A stretch of 64,000 nucleotides of DNA from Ancylonema sp. (taxonomy: Eukaryota). This document shows positions 40,514 through 51,884 of the stretch, in pieces. Both the position numbers and the translations under genes were made by a program. The stretch covers positions 62,001 through 126,000 of the forward strand of contig JBFLGF010000014.1 of NCBI GenBank assembly GCA_050230475.1, written 5' to 3'. Position 1 is the first letter of the stretch. Every line of letters begins with the position of its first letter. Under the pieces are notes generated by a model. The model worked only from the letters and a program-made list of their open reading frames with translations. It ran no database searches and was not told the DNA's origin.

Positions 40514-42534
40514 TAACCGTTTCGGTTTTCCACAAACCGGAATTTCTTTGCCGAGTTACAAACACCTGCAATATTGGGCTGCGGGATCTCGGAAACCGCA
40601 GCCCATTTTCGCTGCCCGTAGCCCACAGCACAACCCGCAGCCCAGATTGCAGCTCGGAGTTCTATTGAGCACAGCCCGCAGCCTGCAACCCGCAGCCCAC
40701 CCGGCAACCCGAAATGTGAACATTCTTTAACTGGCAGCCCAAAACGGGAGTGGGTATTATTTAGCGGGTTGTGAGGTGTATTGTGAGGTTTAGATTTGTA
40801 AGAAAAATCCTTGGGATTCAAAGACTCTTCCATATTACCAAGAAAAATAAAAGAAATCTAGGGACGGAGCGTGGGTACGAAATAATCCATTGCAATCATC
40901 CTCTCTTAAGACTCTTGCAGTGCATGAACACGGAAATTTATGGCGGGGTACCGGGGTTGGTAACGGTTGGCATTTTTCAGCGGGTGCACAAATTTGTAGT
41001 CATTCAGAAAATTGGGACAAAAATGTATGACAACTAAGAAACTTTCGAAAATGCGCAAAGGTACAAACAGAGTAGACATGCTTACCGCATACCGTACTAT
41101 GCGCACTTGATGAGACATAAATTATCATTAAACCCGAAAGAAATCATTTTAACTAGTTATAAATCGGTAGAAAAAGGATACTTTATACTATATATATATT
41201 TATAATATATACTAAAATGATTTATAAAACCCGTTGTAGGAATCACTTACGGGAAATTTTGGGCCACTCTATATGTGATGAAACGGGCTACACGACAAAG
41301 TAGACACGTGGGATTTTTTTGTCTTTGGACCAACGACAAAACTTACGTCAAAAGTTGCGTTATTGGGCCCTAACTACCCACGGTATGAGAAACATGATCG
41401 GCCGCCCTATACATCAGAATAAGACCCTTGCATAGCGACAAAAACGTGGTCAGCGAGACACTGCGACTTCTACGAGTGCCTGCAACGTGCACCGACGACG
41501 TTAAAAAGTACGTTAAATATGTCGGAATGACTCATATACGGGTGTATAGAGGGGCGAACCAATTTGATTATTATTCTCAAGTAATTATATATTTTAGATT
41601 TTATTTTTCGAAATCATTTGAAAATATCATTGACAACGACTTCATGGATCCTCGAATCAATACCAAAATTCATTGATAATATATAACACCATCCCGGAGT
41701 CACTTGTAATAATCATTATTAAAAAAAAAAAAAAAAAAGGTTTATAACAAAGTACGCAAAGTGCGCTATAAACATTGAAAATTTTAAAATCTAACATCAA
41801 TGTTGCTTGAAATCTCATATCTATTACCGACAAAACAAGTTTTTGTCTTGTCATTCAATACGCCCGGAGCAATCAACATGCCTCGAAACAAAAAATCATG
41901 TAGAAGTGCTAGAAGAAGTCTACAACCATTCCCACCTACAGCACCACGTTGTGTTAAACGACACCTCCAAAAAACGAGATATTTTCGAACTTTCTATTTC
42001 GTCGTTGTATCAAAGGAAGACTAGATCCAAATGCTAGACTTCACCCCTGTTTTTTAAACAGAGAACAGACAACAGAGTCTACCCAGTACACCACCTTCAT
42101 CTCACGATAGTATAAATATTCCGCCCCCCCCAGGATGTAGGAAGTTCGTACACCGCCCATATGGGGGGGGGGGGGGGGTTCGTCCAAGGCCGCGCACCGT
42201 GCGCGAGATTTGAGCGCGCATGTCGCACGAGTTACTTCCATTACACGACTCCCCATCTGGATTTCACAACCACACAACAATTTCGTCACGATTGCTTCAT
42301 GTAAGCAGCATACAACATGCATTTTTCTCACCCTCCTATCCTAGAAACTATATTTTATGCAATTGGTGATAAGAGGTCAACAAGATATGGCGTTGAGTGG
42401 TACTTGATGCAAAATTGATAACCAACAAAATAAGAGCACTTGATGGGCAATCTAACAAGCACAACGGTTTATTGTTTCTCACACACAATAACTCAACATC
42501 CATTATGGATGTGCTTGTGCGACTCAAGTTTCAT

Positions 42535-42619
<85 letters not shown>

Positions 42620-42628
42620 CACTACTAC
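42535..42628. repeat. (CTA)n trinucleotide microsatellite
   Basis: About 31 units with two CCA interruptions. Confidence 0.97.
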
Positions 42629-42926
42629 TTGCACACCTTCAAGAAATCCGACAAGCCGACAAGTTGGTGAAGTGCAAGAGATCTTATATACAGTAATAAA
42701 AAAGCATATATGTACCATTACCCGACGGAAGCACACATTTTCGAAGTACACACGCCTTGTACATGGAAGACACTTACCACCACCTGTACCTCACCACTTT
42801 GAAAGACTGCGGCCCCTCCATAGTCCTTCGAAAAAGAAAAAGTATTTACAAAAGTGGCACCGATGTAGTTTCCACGAAATGTGAAGCGACTTCACCGTTT
42901 GTTTCGGGTTGCTCCGTCTAGACGAC

Positions 42927-45900
42927 TTATGTCATGGCCAACTTCTTAGCTTTCGAAATGAGTATCTTCTCAACGACCCCGCTCATCTTCTCCCACACAA
43001 TCGGTTTGCTCAGATACCCATCCATCCCAGCAGCTTCAAGTTCCGGGGCCAAAATATCCGCCGTTAGCGCATAAATCGGCAACTTCGCGCACGGCAAATC
43101 CAGTCGGCGAATGGCACGGGTAGCCGCCAAGCCGTCCTGAAAGAGGCAACACAAATTGTATCGACAGTTTCAGAATGCGGTGAGACATTCAATGGGAAAT
43201 GAGTGATACTCACGAGTGTGCACTCATAGCTTGAAGAGTACCCCCTTCCATCCTCCTATCCCCTATTCCGCCTCATCAATACATCCCCGTCCAGCAACAC
43301 AGTCGATAACCAACGAAATTCCAAAACCGAACAAGCATATCCCCATCCCTTATAACCGCATCCTCCCCCCCCCCCCCCCTCGACGGTCTGATTGCCCTCC
43401 TTACCATGATGGGCATCTGTATGTCCATGAGCACGAGGTCATACTCCTTGTTCTGCACCGCCTCCAGCGCTAGCTTCCCGTTGTCCGCCACCTCCACCCT
43501 GTGGTTGTAGTGCTTCAGGATGCGACGGATGAGCATCTGGTTCACCTTGTTGTCCTCCGCCACCAAAACGTTCAGCTTCAGGCCGGGAGGCACGACAAAC
43601 TCCACCCCCCCACCTGCAGAGGCGGCGGCGACGGCGGCGGCGGGCCCCACCCCCTCTTCCATCCCATCGCGTTCAGAGGGGGAGAGAGGGACGGCTGCCT
43701 CTATTCCCTCGGACGGTATGCTGAATGAGTTTTCGGCCACGCCCAGCGGCAAGTCGACCGTGAATTTGGACCCGATCCCCGGCTCCGCGTCCACGGAGAT
43801 CACCCCCCCCATCAGCGTCAGCAACCCCTTGCAGATGGCCAGCCCCAACCCCGTCCCCCCCTGGTCCTTTCTGTGAGTGCCCGCCTGCGATTCTTTGAAC
43901 ACGTCCTGCTGCTCCTCCACACTCATGCCGCACCCACTGTCCATCACAGATAGGCGGAACCAGGTATGACCCCCCCCACCCCCCTCCCCCACCCCCCTCC
44001 TGCAGGCCTCGCAGGACGGCCCCTCTCCTCCCCCACACTGACTGCACCCGCTCATCTTCGGGAAACTTCGGGGAGGTTGCTTCCGACTCAGCTCCCTTAG
44101 CTCCGGTCTGCGTACAGCTGTCATCCCAGCATGCACCGGCAGCGTGGACGTTCTTCTGATCGGCACCTCTGCCCCCCCCCCCCCCCCCCCCCCCCCCTCT
44201 CGTACATGTCCCCCCCCCCCTCTGCCTCCTCTTCCTCCGCCACCGTGGGGGGGATGTGGCGCCCAGGGTGCACCCAACCCTCCCTCCCCCAGGGCCCCAA
44301 GGGGGCGGAAATGGTTCTGGTGATAGAGACCCCCCCCCCTGTCCCCTTTCCGTCTGGCCCTAGTTGGGGACCTGTAGACTCGTGCCAAGAGACGGCTATG
44401 CGCCCGCCCCGGGAGCAGAATTTGACTGCGTTGCTCACCAAGTTGTGCATCACCTGCTTCACTCGCACGGGGTCGCCTGTCACCGCCACCTGGCGGTGCA
44501 TGGGATGGAGGATCTTGAGGGTGAGATCCTTCTCTGCCACCTCTTCCCGGAACTCCTCCCGGATCTCCTCCAGAATGGTCTCCAGGGAGAAGGGGATGGC
44601 CTCCAGCTGCAGCCTCCCGGCCTCGATCTTGCAGTAGTCGAGGATGTTGTTGATGACGCGCATGAGGTTCAACGCGGATCCCCGCATCACTTTCAGCAGA
44701 CCCATCTGGTCCACCTCCAGGGAGGTGAGGTGGAGGAGGTCCAGCATGCCGAGCACACCTGTCATGGGGGTGCGCAGTTTTATTCACCTACTGTAGACTC
44801 CGACCATTGAGGGGATACAAGTACGCAGTCGTAGAAGGGGTCCCAACATGATCCCAACATTGCCGTCCTCATTAGCTTCGTTCATTGTATAATCATTAAC
44901 GTGTATAATCACTAATGTGTATATGTGACACCACGTACTCATTGTCAATAACACCAACGAATAAACATATACACCCCCCCTCCATGCATTTACAAGCAGT
45001 CCAAACTATACATGATCTAACTACCACTGGCGAATCCATACCAGTCATGGGCGTGCGCAACTCGTGGCTCATCATCGCGAGGACCCGCGACTTGGCGAGA
45101 TTGGCGGCGGTGATGGTTTCGCGCGCGTCTCTCTCGGCCGTCAGATCCTCAAAGAGCCACAGCCGTCCGTGGGCCGCGTTCACACTGCTGCTAACCGGGT
45201 ACGACTGGACGCGGAGCACGGTGCGAGGGTCGGACAGCTGCCACTCCTCCTCGATAACTGAGGCGGCGGTTCCCGCGACCATGGCGAACCAGCGGGGGAG
45301 GTCGGAGCGGGACCCGCTCCTCTCCGCCAGCTGTCTCATGGAGCCTGCGACCTTCACTGGGTCCACCTCCCCGTAGCAGGGCAGGTCCAGCAGGTCGGCG
45401 GCGGCGGGGTTGACCACCACCTGCGCCAGCTCATCGTCCACAAAGACCACGGCTTGAGGCATGCGCTTCAGAATGGCGTCGAACTGGCGACCCAGGCGCT
45501 CGGACCTGCGGGCGGATAACCGGCTGGCCAAGAGGAGGGGGGGGCGGGGGAGGGGGGCGCCAGGGGGGGGGGTGCACGGTCAGGTTGAGGTGGGGGCGCT
45601 TTGCTCCCCTTCCTTTCCCTTCCATTTTTCTCTAATTTTGCCAACAGCCCTCCCACCACCCCCTAAATCCCGTTCGGAAACTGGTTGAAAGGGAATGAGG
45701 TGGCTCTGATGTGGTAAAGAAGGGAGGGGAAACCAAGAGGAGAGCCAAGAGCCTCACCTGGCCACGAGGAGGGGGAGGGAGCGGGCCGCGTTTGCCATCA
45801 CGTGGGGAGCGGTGCGGAGCACGGACGTGGCGTGCTTCCATAGGGCGAAAATGATGCCTTCGAAACTACGACAAGGGGGGGGGCGGAGGGGTCAGGTGAA

Positions 45901-46669
45901 GTGTTATACGTCACTTCAGCGTCACTGAGGCGCAGGGGTGAGGGGAAATGGGAGTCTGCCGGAGTTATTCATGGATGGAGAAGAGGGAAACAGGGAACGA
46001 GGTTGCGCGCACACTCTGTCCTGTGGACTACAAAATGCGGGAGTACACGTGAATTTGTGGCTGAGGGTCCGAGTGCCTACTCTTCCAACTGCAGATGCGC
46101 TCCTTGAATCACTGCTGGACGGGATCCGAGACTGGCACTGAATTCCGGAGGCAAGTCCATGCCGCCCGTACTCAACGCCTGTGCAGTGGGGAGGACAAAT
46201 CTGGAACTTGTTTCAGATATGGTACGTTGAATGTGACCGACGGAAGCAGCTGGAATCCCCCCCTCCTCACCAAGCCATTGAAGTTGGCTAGTAGTTGCGG
46301 CGAGACGGCCACAACGTCCGGCAGAAAGCCTTGTGGGGTGGCAATAATCGTATCAGCTGCATACTGCAGCACTCGGTCTGACTTGGCAGGGTTAAGGACT
46401 GCCACGACGACTGCATCCGCCCGAAGTGACGTGGCAACAATCTGTAGGACGGATTGGGGAAGGTGCGCGGAAGAGCCTCCAGGAGAGGAGCCTGGAGACT
46501 CAAATGTCAGTTGGCGTGCGTACGGTTTGAACCCCGACTCAGGCTCCACTTGGTCCGAGAGGTCTTTCAAAATGAGGCGAATGAACCCGTCCAGGTTGCC
46601 TTCTGGCTTTGACTCCTTCTCTACGGGGTGGCCACCGTGGGCAGCGCTGAGAATGGCGCTGGCAGCCAT
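42927..46669 (-). CDS. Hybrid sensor histidine kinase (putative GAF-like, PAS, HisKA, HATPase, receiver); 5' exon structure uncertain
   Basis: PAS-like MPQAVVFVD..VNPAAADLL; H box AMMSHELRTPMTG; N box NLVSNAVKF; G1 VMDSGCGM; G2 GGTGLGLAICK; receiver VLVAEDNKVN, DLVLMDIQMPIMDG, IYALTA, GMDGYLSKP. Confidence 0.9.
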
Positions 46670-47410
46670 TTTCCAGCTGGGCTGCTGGGTGCGCTACTAG
46701 TCCTACGCACCTCAGCACAAACTAAACTCCATCGAACCACCCCTCCAGGTACAGCGACACAGGGTTGTAGGATGAGACAGGATATACAGCAAGCTTTTTC
46801 CGACACGGCGTGTAGCACGCGTTCTGCCTCCGACACGTGCGGCGTGTCGTGCAAGCCTGCAGGCGATAGAGGGGGGAATCGAGAGGCGGGGCGGGGTGGG
46901 GTGAGGCGGAGCGGGGTGTCGACTGAGACCATCCTCGGTTTCCCAGGGCTTTTTCCCCAGGTCGAAACATTCACACGTGTAAAGTTTGCCGTTTTCCGAC
47001 GGGTCGCCGAGTTCACGTTTTTTTTCGCCGGTCGGGGGTTCGGTTCGTGCAGCCCCTGGTAAGTTTGGCGATCCCCACTTGTGCCTTCGACTAGTAACTG
47101 CCTTGCGCCCCGCCTTGCTTTATGTTGGTCTTTTAACGCCAATAGAGGGTGGGCGTTGACTGGCTGTTTGACTCCGATAAGGGAGTCATCTGTGCACCTG
47201 TTCGAAGCGGGGAGGAGCCTTCTGGCTAGCAAATACTAGACGTTTTGATGCTGGATTGCGTGACCTGTCCGACGACAGTTTAGCTTGCTGGGTGCTTTTT
47301 GCTGCTGACATCTGAAGCGAGTTTCAGGCCCCCCGCGTGATTGCGAGAGCCAGGCGATTTGGTTTGGGTTCTTGGATCGGGCAGGGAGTGCTTAGATATT
47401 TGGATTCCAC
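46670..47410. promoter_or_regulatory. Divergent intergenic region, probable bidirectional promoter
   Basis: The HK start (-) and DRP1 start (+) are head-to-head, ~740 bp apart, with GC-box-like GGGCGGGG near 46890. Confidence 0.5.
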
Positions 47411-50400
47411 ATGGAGGGTCTCATCGGACTGGTGAACCGCCTCCAGCAGGCTTGTACAGCTCTCGGTGATTTTGGTGGCGATTCAGGCGATTCGCTTCCG
47501 ACATTATGGGAGGAGCTCCCGCAGGTTGCTGTGGTCGGTGGTCAAAGCTCAGGAAAGTCTTCCGTGCTGGAGAATGTAGTTGGGAAAGATTTCTTGCCAC
47601 GGGGTTCTGGCATCGTCACGCGGCGGCCTCTAGTCCTTCAGTTGCACAGGACTGAAGGGGGCCCGGAGTTCGCGGAATTTATGCATCAGAAAGGGAAGAA
47701 GTACACGGATTTCAAGCTTGTCAGAAAGGAGATAGAAGGTGAGCGTGTTGACCTGTACGTACTTATCATTGCGGGTACAGACGTGTAGGAGCTCGTTCCT
47801 GCGGTGTAACCTGACTATCAAATAACGCCTGTGCTCTGCTTGGGATAGGATACCAAACCAGTTCCCTTGACTTGGAGTATGGCATATTTACCGACATACT
47901 TATCCTACCGGTGCGAGCAAAACTATATACTGATGATTATTATTGACAAGCCTCATGTTGTACGCCTACACTTATCGGGCAGCGTCGTATCGTTCCTGTG
48001 TGCACTCTGAATAGGGTTGAAAAACCGTACCAACTGCACTATCTCTTCATCCCTTTTCATCTTTCCATCCTTCCTACAGACGAAACTGAGCGAGTCACTG
48101 GCAAGACACGTGGCATTTCCCCGGTCCCCATCCACCTCAGCATCAGTTCGCCGAACGTCGTTAACCTCACCCTGGTAGATCTTCCCGGTCTTACCAAGAT
48201 CGCTATTGATGGCCAATCCGAGAGCATTGTGTCCGAGATCGAGAACATGGTCCGCAGCTACGTGTCAAACCCGAACACCATCATTCTTGCTGTTTCTCCT
48301 GCCAATCAAGATCTGGCAACTTCAGACGCTATGAAGCTGGCCCGCGAAGTGGATCCAACTGGTGAGACCACTTCCCCAGACCCTCAACCTCAATCTCTAT
48401 CCGGACGTCATGGCACGCCTCCGTCTTCCACTCACCCGTGCATGCCTGCCAGCAAAACATAGACAACGGTTACAATTCACGGCCGGAAGTGATACCCATC
48501 ATTTAAAGAAAAAGACTGCGTGAGAATGCGGTTGTTGCTTGAAGCCTGGGCTTCAAGCTCAGCTTCCGTTTTTGGTCCGAATATGGCTTCGGGGTGGCAG
48601 GCGAGCGCACCTGGGGAGTACTGACGAAGCTGGATCTGATGGACCAAGGAACCAACGCGCTGGATGTAAGTGGATGCCCTCTGTTTCGGACCGCGTTCAG
48701 TACAGAAGCAGACCGCGGTTGGAGTCTCTTGTCACAGGAGGAAGTTGTCAGACCTTCAACCACTTCTGAATGTACCTTTATCGAAGCTAGAGGTGTAGTT
48801 GAAGGGAGGTGATGTGTAAATGAGTGAATGGTCTGTGACCTTACGAACTTCCTCCCCTCTTTCTCATTGGCACAAACAGTGATCGGTTCCTGGGTGCCTG
48901 CAAGTCTTAGGAGAGAGAAGTCATTAAGTATATGTACAACAGATCAATGGTTTGTGACATATCCGCTCGTATATCCGCTTTGGGGACAGTACATGATGTA
49001 CCCGTCAAGTAGTGAGACTGAAGCACGACGGATGCATCAAAAGAGGAGGGGGGTGATAAGGAAGTTGTGCGATCAAAGGCTGATGTGTGTGGTCCTGACC
49101 ATATGGTAGCAGGATTGGCCTCCCTCACTTGGTACCATGCTGCACTATTCACTGTAATCACCGTCCCAGCCATGCATCCCATCCCTCTGCCCCCTCCTGT
49201 TTTCTGCTTCCTGCGTTTCCAGATTCTGGAGGGGCGGACATACAAGCTCCAGCGTCCGTGGATAGGGGTGGTGAACCGTTCCCAAGCGGACATCAACCGT
49301 AACACGGACATGCAGGCAGCCCGGCGGCGCGAGAGCGAGTACTTTGCAAGCAACCCCGACTACAAGCACCTGGTGGGCCGCATGGGGACCGAGTTCCTGG
49401 CCAAGCAGGTGAGCAAACACCTGGAGGTGGTGATCAAGAACCGCATCCCGAGCATCACGGCCATTATCAACACCAGCATCGACGAGCTGGAGAAGGAGCT
49501 GGGCACGATCGGGCGGCCCGTGGCGGGGGACTCGGGAGCGCAGCTGTACATGGTGCTGGAGATGTGTCGGGAGTTCGACGACGTGTTCCGGGACCATCTG
49601 GACGGGAGGAGGTCGGGAGGGGATCGGATCACGGCCGTGTTCGAGACCAAACTGCCTGCAGCGCTTCGGAAGCTTCCGTTCGAAAAACAGCTCTCCCTGC
49701 AGAGTAAAAACAAACACATCCCACTCGCGGATCCCATGCATGCCACAGACACCAAAAAGTTTGATTGCCCTCGTGGTTCCTTCGTGGTCCGTTCCTTTCT
49801 GATGGTCTGCAGATGTGAAGAAGGTGGTTGGGCAGGCGGACGGGTACCAGCCCCATCTGATTGCGCCCGAGCAGGGGTACAGGCGCCTCATTGAGGGCGC
49901 GCTGCTTCTGTTCAAGGGGCCGGCGGAGGCCGTGGTGGACGAGGTGCACTTCATTCTGAGGGACCTCATTCGACTGTCCATCAGCGAGACCCCCTCGCTC
50001 ATGCGATTCCCTTTGCTGCAGGCAAGACTCTGAGGGGCGAATCACACCCAAACAGGGCATGGGACGCGGCCAAATGCGCCGCATCATCTATGCCACGTGC
50101 TGACGTGGCAGTTTTGCTGACGTGGCGGTGCAGGCACAGCTGCTGGGCGCGGCCACAGCAGCTCTGGAGATGTTCCGCGAGGAGAGCCGGGGGACGGCAG
50201 TCCGTTTGGTGGAGATGGAGACTTCCTTTTTGACAGTGGACTTCATCCGCCGCCTCCCGCAGATGGAGGAGGCGCCGAGGACGGCGAAAGAGGTGGCAGC
50301 GCACAACGGGGACCGGTACAGCGAGGGGCACCTGAGGAGGATCGGGAGCAACGTGTCCGCGTACGTGCGGTTCGTCATGGAGGGGCTGCAGAGGTCGCTG

Positions 50401-50699
50401 CCCAAAGCGGTCGTGCATTGTCAGGTAGATTTGGGTCGGGGGTGAGGGGTGGGGAGGAGGGTAGGGGAGGCGGGTGTTGACGGGGTGGGGGTTGAGGGTC
50501 GGGGTTGCAGGTTCGGGAGGCGAAGAGGGCGTTGCTGGACACGTTTTATACGCAGGTGGGTAAGCAGGAGGGGAAGGCGCTGGAGAAGTTGTTGGATGAG
50601 GACCCCGCGCTCATGGCGAGGAGGAAGGTGGCAGGAAACAGATTGGATTTGTTGAGAACGGCGAGAGCGGAGATCGACTCGGTGGCATGGGCGAAATAG
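47411..50699 (+). CDS. DRP1: Dynamin-related protein 1 (plant DRP1/phragmoplastin-like), 7 exons
   Basis: Exons 47411-47738, 48080-48361, 48601-48665, 49223-49703, 49813-50021, 50134-50424, 50511-50699. Motifs [51 protein letters not shown]-terminal EIDSVAWAK; no PH or PRD domain. Confidence 0.96.
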
Positions 50700-51671
50700 G
50701 AGGGAAAGGGGCTGGCCCAGCTTGGGGTGCTGAGAACGGTTTCAGAGTTAGGTGGCTCTGTGTGGCTCTGTATCACGTTCTGGGTGTAGCTCAGCAGTGG
50801 AAGTAGCGAAGGAATGCTGCAAGCAAACACAATGTGGGGTTGTGATGTTTGCAACGCATTGATGCGTGGCACCGAATGTGCCGTATGTATTTTGTAGCGG
50901 AAAGAAGGTGCAATGAATATGAAAGGATAGAGTACAAAGGATGTCAGATTTGTAGTGAATATAGATTGCATGGAACAAAGTCGCATCTACACCTGGTGGG
51001 TAGTACTACCACGTGCTGAAATGCGGTGTAGGACTAGTGCACCAAGAATATATATTGCTACCTTTCCGTAGCAAAAGCACACACACACTTACACAAACGC
51101 CCACACAAGTACACATCACACACAACTACACACACACAATGACCGAGACTCAAACATGCGCAGGGTGTGTTTGTACGAACATAAGTTATAATATACTCAT
51201 CGATAATGGCAAGATTGAGCACCTCAGTACCAATGTTTCCTAATCGCACAAAATCGTTGTCACAACAAACGTACATACTACGTCGTTTTGTCAAACGACT
51301 ACAACAGTTAATAAATAGTGATCACGGTTTTCATTTGTTGCTTAATCCGCCCCTTCCATCGTATCATAACTGTGTCGCAATCTCCATCTTTTCCGATCGC
51401 ATTACTTCCGATCCGGCGCCAATCTGGCACCATTTGTGAAACATTGTATCTACGATAATCAAGGGGTCTCAACAATTACCTTCATTGTCTTCGAAAAGTA
51501 CACGAAAGGACGCATGTAGACTCGTAATGACGTAAGGGAGTGACATCATGTCATTACGTTGCTTGTTGGTCCGGGAAATTACTACGTGTAATTGTTACAA
51601 TCCGCCATAACTTTTAATCGTCATTTTGTCGCCGACCACCCCAAGGATGAGTGAGGAATTGTGCATACGTA

Positions 51672-51844
51672 CAGTGAAATCTGTCCTAGTAAATACTGTG
51701 CTAATTAATAACCAGACCTAACTTACTGTAAAATTTCCGTCGGATTTCGGGTAATCACCCGGGAACTAACGTGTTAATTATTAACCTGTCTTCATAAAGA
51801 TTTTGTTCCCGTCCCGACAATATTAATTATAACAGGTTTTACTG
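51672..51844. mobile_element. Small pogo-like MITE
   Basis: TIR CAGT(G/A)AAA(T/C)CTGT with TA flanks; shares GTCCCGACA..ATT with the 30609-31110 family. Confidence 0.75.
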
Positions 51845-51884
51845 TAAGTGGTATCTTGTGAACCGGGCTTTAAGTGGTCTTAAA

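Noticed and set aside
42397..42751. Poly-L, poly-Y and poly-V ORFs
   Set aside because: They are translations of the (CTA)n repeat.
44160..44225. Frame change inside the histidine kinase as programmed frameshifting or pseudogenisation
   Set aside because: It coincides with long G homopolymers and a possible short GT-AG intron; sequencing error or splicing is more likely.
49145..50002. Long antisense ORFs over DRP1, the HK and the TBC gene
   Set aside because: These are expected shadow ORFs of GC-rich coding sequence.
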